DNA of 64,000 nucleotides, taken from assembly GCA_000004985.1 (NCBI GenBank), contig GG738854.1; one strand, given 5' to 3'. The translations under genes and the position numbers were made by a program. This document shows, in pieces, positions 33,459-46,200 of this stretch (the first letter of the stretch is position 1; the number at the start of each line of letters is the position of its first letter). This DNA comes from Naegleria gruberi. Lineage: Eukaryota. The notes beneath the pieces were generated by a model. The model searched no databases, was not told the DNA's origin, and worked only from the letters and a program-made list of their open reading frames with translations.

Positions 33459-35562
33459 ATGGAAACAGATAAAGTTGTTGTAGAAGAAGGAGCAACCACC
33501 ACCACCACCTCTGATACTACCACTCTCTCCGAACTCTCCACTCATTGGATCCATCTTCATCAAATAATAATACAAATAATACAACTAATAATAAGAATAA
33601 TAACAAGAATGATAATAACAACAACAATCGGAGAGAACCAATCTCTCAGGATTCATATAGCAGTAGTGGTGATTCATCATCTTCATCCACATCAAGTTGT
33701 TCATCGAGTCAACAACAACAACAACAACACGAATTAATACCAACAACAACAATAGCAACAGACTATTACAAATAATACAATATTAAACAATCAGCACAGC
33801 TCGACTCTCCCAACAACTCCAATTAAAAGTAATTTCCTAACCAAGGAGGAAGAAGAGGAAAATCAAATCATTATTCATAGTAGTCGAGGAGATGAACAAC
33901 AGGAAAAACAACAAGAGGAATTACTAGCCTTACAAAATCAAATTTTCCTCTCACAGACTGGTATTTCAGAGACACCAATACTTGATAGTGCTGGTAGAGT
34001 TTTATTCGCTCATAAAACTTCATCGATGAGTATGACACACGATCAGCAGCAACAACATCAACTTGTACCAACATCACCATCGAGAAGTAGAATTCTATCA
34101 AATGTATCATCATCAGGTGTTGGTACTGCTGGTGGATTGAATAATCAAGATGTCATTGGAGCTAGAGATGTAATGCTATTAACACCAACTAAACAACATC
34201 AACAACATAACAATAATTTGGCATCTCCTAAAGGGTCTGAGAAATCCTCATCTCGACATTTTGCTCTATTTGATAGTGCAGATTTGGAAGAGGAGAAGCA
34301 CCAATCGGAAAAGTTTACAACTTTGGAAAGTAATAGGGAATCACTTAAATTAATGAAGAGAAGACATCGAGAAAATTATCTACCAGAGACTTTTCTTCAC
34401 TTTTGTAAACATGAAACATCTAAGATTTATGGTTGGAGTTTAGAGAGCGAGAAACATTCTGTCCAATTTTATAACAAATCGATATCACTTCATTCATTGA
34501 CAACTGGAGACTTTTCTGCAATTTCTAGGTTAACTTCACAAAATACTTTAGAAAGTACCAGTACACAGGATTTATCGAAAAATTTACGATTCAAGCAAAC
34601 ACCAATGATTAACGATTCTGTTAATTTTGTAATTGCCAATAGATTTGTTGGTATTTTGAGTGATACGAATTTTAGGGATGCATATTTGGCTTGTAAGGAT
34701 ATTCAATTGAGAAAACAAGCAAAACAAATGGAAGAAGTTGTAGTTTTGGAAAGTTATTATCATGTGGAAGGACCTGAAATTACTGATTCACGAAAATCTA
34801 AGATACCAGATGAGAGTTTTGATATTATTTATCAGAGAACCTCATCACCGAATACTCTATTTGGTAGGTTTTTTGTTCATTTTGGAGGATATTAATGTTT
34901 CTTATATTATTGGAATAGTTTCAAAGAGAGAATATCTCACAGCAAGATACTTTATTGAGGAATCGGAACGATTAATTATTTTGGAAAGATCTATCGAAAA
35001 GATACTTCCCATTCCATCAATGCTTCAAGCACTGACCATGGAGAATGATAAGATACTGAACGATTTCAAGAATGAGCATCATCATCACCATCTGAGTGAA
35101 ACAAACACTCCACTTCAATCCAATAATAATTTACAAAATGATATTTCACTTTCTCCTTCACAACGACAACGTAGTAGGAGTGTTGGAATGAGCAATTCTA
35201 GTAGGCCAATAAGTGAAATTCACATGACACCACTCTCTGCCAGAACAACTACATCATCTCATATTTTACAACAAAGCGCTCCGAATTTAACTTTACAACC
35301 CTATCCAAACGACACCCTCAAAACCACACTTGCAAGCAGCACTGCTCCAACTCAGAAAGGTGTGGTTCGAGCTAATATTTTATTCCAAATTTTGATATTT
35401 GATCGATTGAGCGATACGGAGACCAAGTTCCAGATCATTAATAATGTAGATGTTAAGGGGTGGCTTAAATCTTGGAATTCCATTACTCAGAAGAGTACGC
35501 CACACAAAATATTTGAAGATTTTGTTGATGTAATTGAAGAGCACAAGAAGAATACAAAGTAG
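33459..35562 (+). CDS. Low-complexity (Asn/Gln/Ser/Thr/His-rich) hypothetical protein; the 5' structure is uncertain, with one confirmed ~55-nt intron at ~34875..34915
   Basis: The ORFs 34026..34895 and 34762..35562 join via a GTAGGT...GGAATAG intron (..NTLFG|VSKREYLTARYF..). The upstream region 33459-34025 is open in overlapping frames with N/T/Q homopolymers. Confidence 0.4.
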
Positions 35563-35693
35563 AACTTTGCAAGAAAATTAAAGCCCTTCACCTTATTTTG
35601 GTATTCTAATACATTGTTAATTGTTACAAATTAATGTTTATTATCAATAGGTTTCACTGATAATGATGTTATTTCGTTAGGTAATTAGGAGTG

Positions 35694-38111
35694 TTATTTG
35701 TTTCTTTTGAATTTGCTTTTGAGGATTGCAACCAAGCCTTGCTTTTCGCCCATGTCAAAAACAAGGGAAGAAGCAGAGCCAGAAATTGATTTTTCTTTTT
35801 GCCACTTATCAGTTGCCTGGGTGAGACAATCCTTAATAGTTGCCCATTCAGATCTGGTAAAATCCATAGTAGAGATTATATCAAAGGCTGTCTTTCCACT
35901 ATTATCCTTGATAGAGAGGAAGTTATAGAGTGTGAGAGGTGTCTTGACAACAATATCATTTCCTGGATGGCATAAAAAATTTTGTTCTAGCCAGGTCATT
36001 AACCATTCGAAACCATTAAGCCAAGGTAAAAAGTCATCAGGTTTTTTAGACATCATTCTTACAGCAAAGTCCATGCTGATGTGGAAAATGGTCTTTCCTT
36101 CTTTATCTCTATCAAAAACCATTGAAGAAACAAACTTGAACTTGTCAGGATTCTTCAAAGTATACTCGAAAAGGAATTTACAAATTGTTTTGACGCAATC
36201 CACATCATTGAAACAAACTGCTTGCATCAATACATTGTATCCAAATGAGTTTTTCATTAAGAGAGCCTTTTCAAATAGCTCTGTACCGAAGAGTGTTGTT
36301 CCATTACTGAGTATATCTTTAAGGAAGAGATAATATTTGCCACTTGTATTCTTGTTAATGACAACCAGATTACTCATTCTCCTCTCTACTCTTGTCTTTT
36401 TCTCGGTGAGATCCAATAAATTAGATGATGAATTTGAACTGTGAGTGTTAATAGTTCTATAATCTCTGAGGCAAGCGAATAGAGCATGCTCCTCTCTTTG
36501 ATTCTTTTTGAGTAAGAGTCTTGGCATGTACTTGCAAATGTATTGACTCATATCCATATTGCAATCTCTGAATGCTCCATGAAGTAATGACTCTCCCAAA
36601 ATACCTACACCAACTGTAATATCCAACTTGGCTCCAAATAATTGAAGCATATCACAAAGTTCGTAATCTTTACGCTTCAATGCCAATACTATTGGAAGAT
36701 TTCCGTATTGATCTGGAATAAAGTTCAATTGCTTTTCTTGAACTGATGGTTGACTACATAAAAATACACAAGCATCATGAGCCTTCTCACCCAAATCATT
36801 TCCACCAACACCATAGAATAATGGTGTCATTTCTTGTTTGTCCTGTAAGACCCACAATTTAGCTTGTCTTTGTTTACACTTTTTAGAGTGTTCTGCTGTT
36901 TCACCTGTTGGACTATCCTTGCTGCAATCGTGGTCACAACAACATTCCAAAAGCCATTGCAAAATATCAACATGATTATACTTGGCAGCTAAATGCACAA
37001 CAGAAGCGTTTTGGAAATTAGGATAGGTCAAGTCACAAACAAAGTCAGCAACATGAGGTCCAACAATTCTCTCCCTAGCAATTCTTCTAATAGGACTGAA
37101 AGAATGTTGGGAGTTTCCTGAAAGTGTTGCCTCAATAGTTGGTGGACTTTTAGTTTTTTCATCTTGAGCAGGATCCATTTTGGTTGGAGTTGAAAACACT
37201 GTTTCCTTTTGTGGTATTGGAGGTGGAGAAGGCTTTCCAAAGATGGAAAGTTTTTTTCTCGAAGGTGATTGCTCGACAGGTTTGTTACTAGATGTTGAAA
37301 TGTCACATGAATATGTAGTGTTTAGGAAACTTGTGTCAGTGATGATCGCAGACATTCTTTCCTCCTTCATTCTAGTTGGTGCCTTTGGTCTTGAAAACTT
37401 GCCCAAAGCAGCTGCTGCTCCAAACGAACTTGAAGATTGGTGTGTTCCTCGAGTAGCTTGTTTGTTTCTGTTAGCATTTGTTGTTTCATAGGTTTCTTTG
37501 TTTTGAAGATATGTCAGTAAATCCATTGTTACACGTTTATCAGTGCTGGCGGCTGACTTGAAATCATCATCCATATCAATCTTATTCTTTTCATTATTAC
37601 TCGAGGTTGTTGTTGTTTCTATAGGGTTTGTATTTTCATTAGGGGTGGTGGTGGTTGATGATGTGGAAGGTTGAGTTGGTGGAAGTTTAGGTAAAATTTT
37701 GTGTGAATATCTTGGTATTCTTACTTGTTGCGATATTCTCGACAGGTAATCATCAATATAATCCTCTACTCTACATTGTACTCTTTGTGAAAACAGAGCA
37801 CTGGTTGAGTGTCGAACCAAATCTCCTCCAACGCTCGACAGAGCTGGCTCAATTTCGAATAATTGCAATAAATCACTTCTCTTTTGCAATCTTTCTTCAT
37901 GTGGCAGCAATTCTCCAGTACTAACTGGAGTAGCACATGAAAAGGCCTTTCTATCACTGTGATAATTGTTGTGGTTGTTTGAAGATTGTCCGATGTGATT
38001 CATGGCAGACGAAAGGCAATTACTTGTTGATGACGAAACAAAATTCATCAGGGAGAGATTGATAGGTTCTACCACAAGAGAATCAGTAGAATCAGAAGCT
38101 GTGGATGCCAT
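35694..38111 (-). CDS. Ankyrin-repeat protein with a low-complexity N-terminal half
   Basis: A single 805-aa ORF with an ATG at 38111. There are ANK repeats around VHLAAKYNHVDILQWLLE / TPLFYGVGGNDL / NLPIVLALKRKDYELCDMLQLFGAKLD, plus further helical repeats at the C-terminus. Confidence 0.65.
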   Translation of the reverse strand: MASTASDSTDSLVVEPINLSLMNFVSSSTSNCLSSAMNHIGQSSNNHNNYHSDRKAFSCATPVSTGELLPHEERLQKRSDLLQLFEIEPALSSVGGDLVRHSTSALFSQRVQCRVEDYIDDYLSRISQQVRIPRYSHKILPKLPPTQPSTSSTTTTPNENTNPIETTTTSSNNEKNKIDMDDDFKSAASTDKRVTMDLLTYLQNKETYETTNANRNKQATRGTHQSSSSFGAAAALGKFSRPKAPTRMKEERMSAIITDTSFLNTTYSCDISTSSNKPVEQSPSRKKLSIFGKPSPPPIPQKETVFSTPTKMDPAQDEKTKSPPTIEATLSGNSQHSFSPIRRIARERIVGPHVADFVCDLTYPNFQNASVVHLAAKYNHVDILQWLLECCCDHDCSKDSPTGETAEHSKKCKQRQAKLWVLQDKQEMTPLFYGVGGNDLGEKAHDACVFLCSQPSVQEKQLNFIPDQYGNLPIVLALKRKDYELCDMLQLFGAKLDITVGVGILGESLLHGAFRDCNMDMSQYICKYMPRLLLKKNQREEHALFACLRDYRTINTHSSNSSSNLLDLTEKKTRVERRMSNLVVINKNTSGKYYLFLKDILSNGTTLFGTELFEKALLMKNSFGYNVLMQAVCFNDVDCVKTICKFLFEYTLKNPDKFKFVSSMVFDRDKEGKTIFHISMDFAVRMMSKKPDDFLPWLNGFEWLMTWLEQNFLCHPGNDIVVKTPLTLYNFLSIKDNSGKTAFDIISTMDFTRSEWATIKDCLTQATDKWQKEKSISGSASSLVFDMGEKQGLVAILKSKFKRNK

Positions 38112-39474
38112 TCTATTCTAACTGGTAAATATTGTTGTTAATTAATAAATAATTGAATGGTTGCTGAGTGTTGTTTGTTTTTTTCTTCTAGTTTGGAGTT
38201 GAATATTAACAAGAAGCCTCTTACTGTTTGATCACTCACTGAATTTGAATGGAAAAGGTGAGAATAACTTGTTTTGCTTATGAAAGGGACAGATTGACTC
38301 AACTAAAGTTGTGTTCACTTCTAAAATTAGGTCGCTGTTTTATATTTCTTGTTGAGTACTTTCCGAGTGAACAATAATACTCTTCTTTAAAACAACCAAT
38401 CAATTCTTCAATCCTTTGAGTTGTGTTGTTGCTCTAATATTTTACTTCACTGGAAAGCTTAACTCTGTGCGGGATCTTTTGAAACACAGTAAAAAAGCAA
38501 AACGGTAAGTTTTTGTTTTGGAGGGAAAATGTTGGAGGTTTTTTTTTCAATTCAAAAAAAGAGGCTTATCGTGATCTAGTCGCTTGTTGTTGGTTCGCGA
38601 AGCTTTCTTGCTGATATGAGACTCTTTATGATGAAGCGTTCGTTGTGTTGGTGAATAGTGATTGGAGAGTTGGTCCCTTTGTTTTTTGTGATGTGAATTT
38701 TGATGCATTGTAGAATGTCTTTTGAAGAATTATCGTTCTTATTGGCCAAAATGTTTTTCTACTTGTCCACTGTCTACAATAATAGGCTTTTTAAGGCTTG
38801 TTAATGAGGAGGGAACTTTGATGATCTTGAACTAATGGATTTAAAAATTAATATTGAATTCGATAGTATTTGTAGTTAATCTTTGAAAATATTAATTATT
38901 ATAATTAATTGTCATACAAAGGATTGAAAGAGAATCAAACAAGTTAGATGAAAGTTAATTGGAAAGATTAATTTGACACATTTGTAGGGTTAATTGCAAA
39001 ATTGGAGACAACATTTATGATTGAACATCATATGACTCTTTTTTGATTAACTTCCCAAATTACATCAAAGTGAAAGGATTATTACAAAATATTTAAATTA
39101 CAAATGGATTGTATTGGCTTACTGAACATGTTTGGAAATATTTACAAACTGGAAACTATGTGGACAAACCTCTTTGATTTTGAACGGCCCACATTAACTG
39201 TTACACAGACATTCCACTATGCAACATTATTGGAACAATCATGATTCGGCATGGAGATTCGTGTTAACATAGAAGTGTGCCAGAAGTATTTTTACAATGG
39301 AAGCTTGTTGTATCAGCATTAACACTGTTCATTATTTGAACATTCGTATTGCATTAACTTGAATAGGAATTCATTGAGTTATCTTTAAACATGGAATACA
39401 AATGGATAGGAATTGAATCTAATGCCAATTCAATGTCAGAAATCCAACTAATTAACATTATCTCACAAATTGAT

Positions 39475-40460
39475 TTATTTGAAAACTTGAACCTTTCTCT
39501 TGTAAACATTAGTGACATAGAACTCTCCAGTTGTAAAATCAATTCCCATCTCCAATCCTTCTCCTCCATCAAGTTCAAACTTGTGATCAGAATCAGCGTT
39601 TTCATTCTTGAAAAGAGTCAAACAAGATCCATCCAATTTAGTAGATTCAAGACCTTCATCTCCAATATAATAGAGAAGTTGACCGCTTGGATCCAATGTA
39701 AGTCTACTTGCAGCTCCTGGACTTACTCTTGAAACTCTGCTAATGACATTTCCTGTCTTGTCAGTTTTAATAATTGACTTGGAAGAGGTCAGTAACAAAT
39801 TGTTATCAAAGTCTGTGGTAATTCCAAACAAGTATTCAAATGGAGGCACAAACATATTTTGACCACAAACATCTTCTCTCAATGTAGCTGTAACCTTACC
39901 ACAACACAACTCCATCCTTTTGAATGGTATAAATGCTTCCATCATGTCTATCAATGCACATATCACGAACTCTTGATTGCTTATTAATACTCCAAAAGAT
40001 TTTCTTTCCATCTCTTGACACTTTGGTAATGTCAAAATATGCACCTCTGTCAATACAATAGACAAGTGCATTGTCATTTTGATCGTAACACATTTTGAAA
40101 GGTGCATCTTCTTGTGGCTCTTTGAATGAAGCTTTGACTTTCTTGGTGGCCAAGTCAAATTCCACAATGATTAAATCGTTGGCCACAAACAAGGAGCCAT
40201 GCTTCAAGTCAATTGCGCTACATTTTGGTTTGGACAAACTTGGCAAATCAACATGTTGCTTTAAACTTGGTAATAATGAGGCATTGGACAGAATTTTAGA
40301 AACCTTTCCAGTTTCGGCATGAGATTTAGTCTTGTTCGATGTATTGTGTAAATGCAAGTGGGCACCACAATAGTTTTGGTTGCATTCAGAGCAGTGATGA
40401 GTTGCGAGAACTTGTTCATCTTCAGCAAGGCATTTGTTGCAGAGCTTGTCTTGGGTCATG
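39475..40460 (-). CDS. B-box zinc finger + NHL-like six-bladed beta-propeller protein (paralog A); the reading frame is broken by an apparent 1-nt indel near 39905-39915
   Basis: The N-terminal B-box is CNKCLAEDEQVLATHHCSECNQNYCGAHLHLHNTSNKTKSH. The propeller region is collinear, blade for blade, with the downstream paralog (IDRHDGSIYTIQKDGVV.. / ..GKVTATLREDVCGQNMF..GITTDFDNNLLLTSSKSIIKTDKTGNVISRV). The two halves are the overlapping ORFs 39896..40507 and 39475..40167. No GT..AG intron explains the shift, which falls in a GTTGTGTTGTGG slippery run. Confidence 0.55.
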
Positions 40461-40780
40461 GTTGTGATGGTTGTATTTTTTTGAAGTGTGTATTTTGGAT
40501 GTGTCAAAGCATCATCTTTTTATAGGAGACATGAACCTCTCATCATAATCATGTCAATAACCAAAAGATGGTTCTGCCCTTCTCCTTTGATTGTTCCTAT
40601 CTTGTTCTCTAGTTTGTCCATTGGACACGCCAAATTTTGAAGGTAAATAATTGGTAATTATATCGGTTTACAATATTTGAAAGTTCGATTAATACCTTTC
40701 GTACTCTATTAGAACATCAATCCAAACATAAATCAACAAGAAAAAATATCAAAACATTTCCTCACACAAATTTTCAAGAA
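40461..40780. promoter_or_regulatory. Putative bidirectional promoter between two head-to-head B-box/NHL paralogs
   Basis: This ~320-bp AT-rich spacer lies between two divergently transcribed paralogous genes (starts ~40460 minus and 40781 plus). This is inference from gene arrangement only. Confidence 0.3.
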
Positions 40781-41959
40781 ATGGTCAATTGCGATAAGTG
40801 TTTTAAAGATGACGAAGAAACAGTGCCAGCTACACATAACTGCAAACAATGCAACATGAACTTTTGTGATTCTCATACAACACTACATAATTCTGCTAAC
40901 AAGACTAAATCCCACACGCCAGATGTCGTCCAGTTGGAAGTAGCTGTAAAGAATTGTGAAAAATGTTTGAAAGACGAACAAGAAACTGTTCCAGCAACAC
41001 ATTTTTGCAAATCATGCAATGCAAGCTTGTGCCAGGCTCACTTAACTTTGCACAATACATCAAACAAGACAAAGTCTCATGTCAATGACATTATTCAATT
41101 AACTAGCTCACCTCTCACTTCGTTTATTCCATTCAGTGGAGCTTTTGAACATATTGCAACTCTTGGCGAACAAGAACCAGTCAATTTTCAGTTCTCCAGA
41201 GTTGCTGCCATCACTATCGATCCAGTCAACCGTTCCTTATTCGTCTCTGATAAGAATACCTTCTTGGAATTTGATTTGAAAACCAAAAAGCTGAAAAACC
41301 AATTCAAAGAACCCCAAAACAGAGAAAACAAAATGTTAAATTATGATCCAAAAGATGATGCCCTAATTTACATGATTCACAGATGTAGCTCAGCACTTAT
41401 TGTAAAAACTTCCAGAGATGGAAAGATGATTTATTGGGAAACCGCTGTGGGAGTTGTTAAAGGAATTACTGTTGATAGAAAGGATGGAACTGTTTATGTG
41501 CTACAAAAGAATGGAGTTGACTTTTTGTCACCTACCAATGGGGCAATTGTAAAATCTTTAAGAAATGACATTAATGGAAAGAGCATTTTTGAAATGCAGA
41601 ATATTGATAGTATTGGAATTAATCATGATAATGATTTGGTGCTTATTGATCAGTATAATATTATAGTTTCGAATAAGAATGGAAAAATTTTAAAGAAACA
41701 TACCAAGCACTCTACTGTTTTGCATGTAAGACCACAATTTGAACCAGTTACCAATAGAATATTTTGTGTTTCGTCTGGAATCGTTTTTATGAATGAAGAC
41801 GGCACCTGTGTCACTAACTTTGAAAATGAGAAATCTCAAAAGTATAGATTTAACTTGTTTTATCCTGGTGAGGGCTTGGATATTGCATTGGATACAGAAA
41901 GTGGTGAATTATATGCTGGTGTCCACAGTGATTCAGAATTTGTAATTGTTTTCAAATAA
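40781..41959 (+). CDS. Tandem B-box zinc fingers + NHL-like beta-propeller protein (paralog B, intact)
   Basis: There are two B-box motifs, CDKCFKDDEETVPATHNCKQCNMNFCDSHTTLHNSANKTKSH and CEKCLKDEQETVPATHFCKSCNASLCQAHLTLHNTSNKTKSH. About 270 aa of ~45-aa blade repeats follow. It is a single 392-aa ORF. Confidence 0.65.
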   Translation: MVNCDKCFKDDEETVPATHNCKQCNMNFCDSHTTLHNSANKTKSHTPDVVQLEVAVKNCEKCLKDEQETVPATHFCKSCNASLCQAHLTLHNTSNKTKSHVNDIIQLTSSPLTSFIPFSGAFEHIATLGEQEPVNFQFSRVAAITIDPVNRSLFVSDKNTFLEFDLKTKKLKNQFKEPQNRENKMLNYDPKDDALIYMIHRCSSALIVKTSRDGKMIYWETAVGVVKGITVDRKDGTVYVLQKNGVDFLSPTNGAIVKSLRNDINGKSIFEMQNIDSIGINHDNDLVLIDQYNIIVSNKNGKILKKHTKHSTVLHVRPQFEPVTNRIFCVSSGIVFMNEDGTCVTNFENEKSQKYRFNLFYPGEGLDIALDTESGELYAGVHSDSEFVIVFK

Positions 41960-42071
41960 ATTAAAACAGGTTTGGACAAAGTTCATAGAATGTTCCTTGT
42001 TCATCCATCTCACCTTAATTGAAACGATAAAAAAACTAAAAATAAAATTAAATTAAAAAGAAATTAACAAA

Positions 42072-43013
42072 ATGTTCTCCTCAAGCAATCAAACTTCATC
42101 ATCGGAAAAATCACAATCATTATTAAATAATTCCCTCCATGAACACTGGGATAGTATAATAACGAGGGATAAATTAGCAATTTTAAAAACAAATAATTTC
42201 ATAGTAATTGATGATTTCCTGCCTCTCCACCAATCAAATAATAACAATTCCGAAAATAATTTCTATGAAAAGATTGTTTCTCTCTCAGAGAATAATCTCC
42301 TCACACGAGAGGAATCATACATGGAGGATGAAGATAGTGGACAAGTGATACAAATTGGACAACATCCTTTCTACACATTAAAGATGATTAAGAAGGAACA
42401 TGAAAAATCATCAATTAAGGAACATGTTGATATGTATGCTCTCACTACACAGATTGGACAATATTTTCAAAGGAGAGTTGTATTTGATGAAATATTAAAA
42501 AAGCCAGATGAGTCAATCGATGATGATTTCTTTAATAAGGTTGCATTGTGTAAGGATTTTGAGAATGGACTTCCAGTTCATTTGGATAATCATAATGCTG
42601 ATAGTAGAAAGCTGACGATTGTTTATTATACAACTCCATATGTGGATAATCAAGAGGAGAAACAACAAATGGAAAAGAAATATAAAGGATTTCAATTTGA
42701 GGAGAGAAATTGGGAAGGTGGATTATTGAGAGTTTACAAACCATCAACCAAGTTGTATATTAATTATTGGGAAACTGAGAAGGAAGATATTGAACCTAAA
42801 TTCAATAGAGCTGTCCTCTTTTACAGTGATACCATAGTTCACACAGTTACAGAGACGAAACCAAAGGCAAATTTGAATCAAATTGTTAATAATACTGAAA
42901 TGCATCCACCTCGAACAACAATCACCACATGGATCCATTGCAATGACATGTCCTTCATTTGTCGAGATAGGGTCCTATTCCAAAGACAAATGATCAAATT
43001 CTTCCAGAACTAA
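42072..43013 (+). CDS. 2OG-Fe(II) oxygenase of the prolyl-hydroxylase / Ofd1-OGFOD-like type
   Basis: The facial triad context is LPVHLDNHNADSRKLTIVYY (HxD) ... GGLLRVY ... NRAVLFYSDTIVHTV (distal His), resembling the 2OG-FeII_Oxy_4 / P4Hc pattern. It has an N/S-rich N-terminus and is intronless. Confidence 0.55.
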   Translation: MFSSSNQTSSSEKSQSLLNNSLHEHWDSIITRDKLAILKTNNFIVIDDFLPLHQSNNNNSENNFYEKIVSLSENNLLTREESYMEDEDSGQVIQIGQHPFYTLKMIKKEHEKSSIKEHVDMYALTTQIGQYFQRRVVFDEILKKPDESIDDDFFNKVALCKDFENGLPVHLDNHNADSRKLTIVYYTTPYVDNQEEKQQMEKKYKGFQFEERNWEGGLLRVYKPSTKLYINYWETEKEDIEPKFNRAVLFYSDTIVHTVTETKPKANLNQIVNNTEMHPPRTTITTWIHCNDMSFICRDRVLFQRQMIKFFQN

Positions 43014-43279
43014 TTCCTCACAACACTTTTCACACTCTCCCACAACCCAACATAACCAAGCATTTCAGAGATCAAATGCTATTGAACCAATTAAAGAACA
43101 ACCTTCCACTTAATAATCCTTGTTTCCCTTCCAATAGCTAGAGCTGTAATATGCATCATTGAGTCGCATGATTGTTGTTGGTATTTAGCCACCCATTCAA
43201 AAAAAACAACGACAAACACTCGGTGTTCCATCATCACACATCTTTTGTTGAATTATTTGGGGATGATGATAGTGCCACT

Positions 43280-46200
43280 ATGGTTTTGAAACGACATCAT
43301 GATGAAGAACAGAATTATCTTAATCAGGATGGGAAGAAATTAAAGATATTATTGTTGTGGACAATGATAATGATGATTTGTTGTTATTCATCAATGTGTT
43401 TTAATATATTTGTGAATGGTACTTCCGAAGAATTATCCATACTTCCAATAATTGCATCATCATCTTCACCACCAATAAGAAGAATATCAACAAAACCAAC
43501 ATTAGCATTGGATCAAACCATTAGACAATTAGTGAATGAAATTATACATGAAGACCTCACCTATTCATCTTCCTTATCATCACCATCCACAAGAACATCA
43601 TTATCATCATCATCTCTATTAGGAACATCATCAGATGAAGAAAGTGTTACTGTCTATGTGAATCCACAGAATGGTTCTGATAGTATTGGATGTTCATCGG
43701 ATGCCATTACTTCATGTAAGACAATTCCATTCTCTTTGGATGATTTAAAAACAAATAGGAAAATTGTGAATACGAAACAGATTCTTCTCTATTTGCAGGC
43801 ATCTATTGAAGAGAAAGATGTTGGAGATGCTATTAATTGTAAAGGGTTTAATTTTACTGGAATTAACTTTTCTGAGGTTAAAATTTCAGCAAATAGTCCA
43901 GTAATTGTTAATTGTAATTATGTTTCGAATTGGAGTTCTAGTTTTAGATTTAATTTGACAATGAGTAATATAGTGTGGAGGAATTTTAATATTCCAATAG
44001 TTTCCACAATGGACTCAATTGTCATTGAAAATTCAGTGATTCAGAATGTAACCATTTCCATGTCAAAATTTCTCAATATTCGAAACTGTAGAGTTACCAG
44101 TGATGGAGCTGATTTTAGTATTCTTCATATGAATGATATTGAAAATGTGATAATAAGCCAGACGTCATTTGAGAAGAAAGCTATTGGATATTCCATTTCT
44201 AGAATTTCCTCAAATATTTATATTGAAAATATTAGTGTGGATAATAGTTTATTGATCTTTTATGGATTTGTTAGCATGGTAGATGGTTCTTCAGTGAAAA
44301 ATTCTCTCACTTTAGTGGATAGCAGATTCACAGCAAGTACAGTGAGGATTATTGAATTTAGTGAAATCTTTTTCAGGAATAATACTCATTCAGGAAATAT
44401 TCTACCTACAAACATTCCAAATATTGTCTCGTCATACTTTTCAGAGTATAGCTATTCTGGATTTTCTGTGAGCTGCCTCACTGTGAGAAGTGATTTGAGG
44501 GTGAGGAATGTAACAGTGGAGAATATGAAATTATATGGAGGAGCACTGATTGAAGGCCCAGGTCTGTATGCTCGATTCTTTGATTCCATTTTCAAAAATA
44601 ATAAGAATAACCTTGGAGGAGGAGCTATTCATGTGAGGACTGTTTTCAGAGTTTTCATTGAAAATGTCCAATTCCTTTCTAATAGTGTAGATTCTTCTAA
44701 TGGAAAATTAGGTTTGGATTACATTGGAGGTGGAGCCATTTATCAATACAGAAGTGTCCTCATCACCAGTGGCTGCTACTTTGACAGTAACAATGGTGGT
44801 ATATTTGGTGGAGCCATCTTTAGTTTCTTACCACTTGAATACTTTTCATTGGATGATAATTTCGTTTCCAATACTGCTGGTTATGGAGGAGGTTATGCCA
44901 GTATGGATACCATTTCCATTTCTCAAATTGCATTTACAGATACCTCCATGATAGGTAATAATTGTTCAAATTCTGGAGGTGCCATTTTCACAATGAATTC
45001 TGAAATTACATTCAGTTATGGATCTTCAGATTTCAAATCCATTTCTGGAAATAATGCAAATCTTTTGGGAGGTGGTATTTTCTTTATTAATTCAAAGCCA
45101 TCATTTGCATATAGAAGAATATCCAAAATATTTGTGAATAATTATTGTAAGGCATCTCCTTATTTATCAGATTATTCTTCATTTGCAACTGAAATTCAAA
45201 CAACTCCATCTGATTTTACCCTTAAACCTGGTACTGCGGATATTTTACTTTTTGATTTATATGACATGTTTGGAAATCAAGTTCCTTTCACGTCTAATTT
45301 AGAGATTGAAATGTCTTCAGATGATGCAATCTATCCAGAGATTAGTTCAATGAACTCACTTGCAACTGGTTTCCAAAAAAGATTTACTTTTACAGTTTAT
45401 TTGAAAACAAACCGATTTCTAACATTTAACACAACTGTGAATATGGTTATTGGTTTGACTAATATTCCATACGAAAAGAATTTGAATTTAAAGGTGAAAT
45501 TACAGAGTTGTTCGAGTGCAGAATCTCTAGTAGTCAACCTTTTCAAGAGTTCTACATCTAGGGTTTATTATGAATGTGGACCAAATGCAGCCTTGGTAGC
45601 TTCCTTAGTTGTCCTGGCATCTTGCTGTTGTGGAGCGTGTTGCCTTATTTTCTGTGTCTTTATTACTTATAAATTTGTAAAGATGAGAGGTCAGGTTGCA
45701 CTTTTAGCAAAGAAGGAAAAAGCTGAGGAAGAATTGACTAAAAAACTGATGGATCTCCAAACACTTTATAATAGTGAATTGGAAAATAAGCACTCATACA
45801 AGGAATGGCTTATTAAATTGGATGATGTGGAATTGATTAAGAAAGTTGGTGAGGGAGGAGGTGGAATTGTCTATTTGGCTAATTGGAAACGAGTTCCAGT
45901 TGCTTTGAAAACTATCAAGATTGAAGATGAGGATTTGGATTCTAATGATTTTGAACATGAGGCATCACTTTTGAGCTCAATTAGACATCCACATATTGTA
46001 ACATTTTATGGTAAGTTTACAATAATTTGGACCCATATCAAACAATTTTATTAGGAGTTTGTTTATCTAATTCTGCCAAATTCATGGTTACTGAATTTAT
46101 GCATGGAGGAAGTTTGGATACCTTTATTTATGGCTTGAAAAATCATAAAAAGAAGATTTCGTTCGTGCAAAAGATTAGAATACTTTCGAATATTGCTTCT

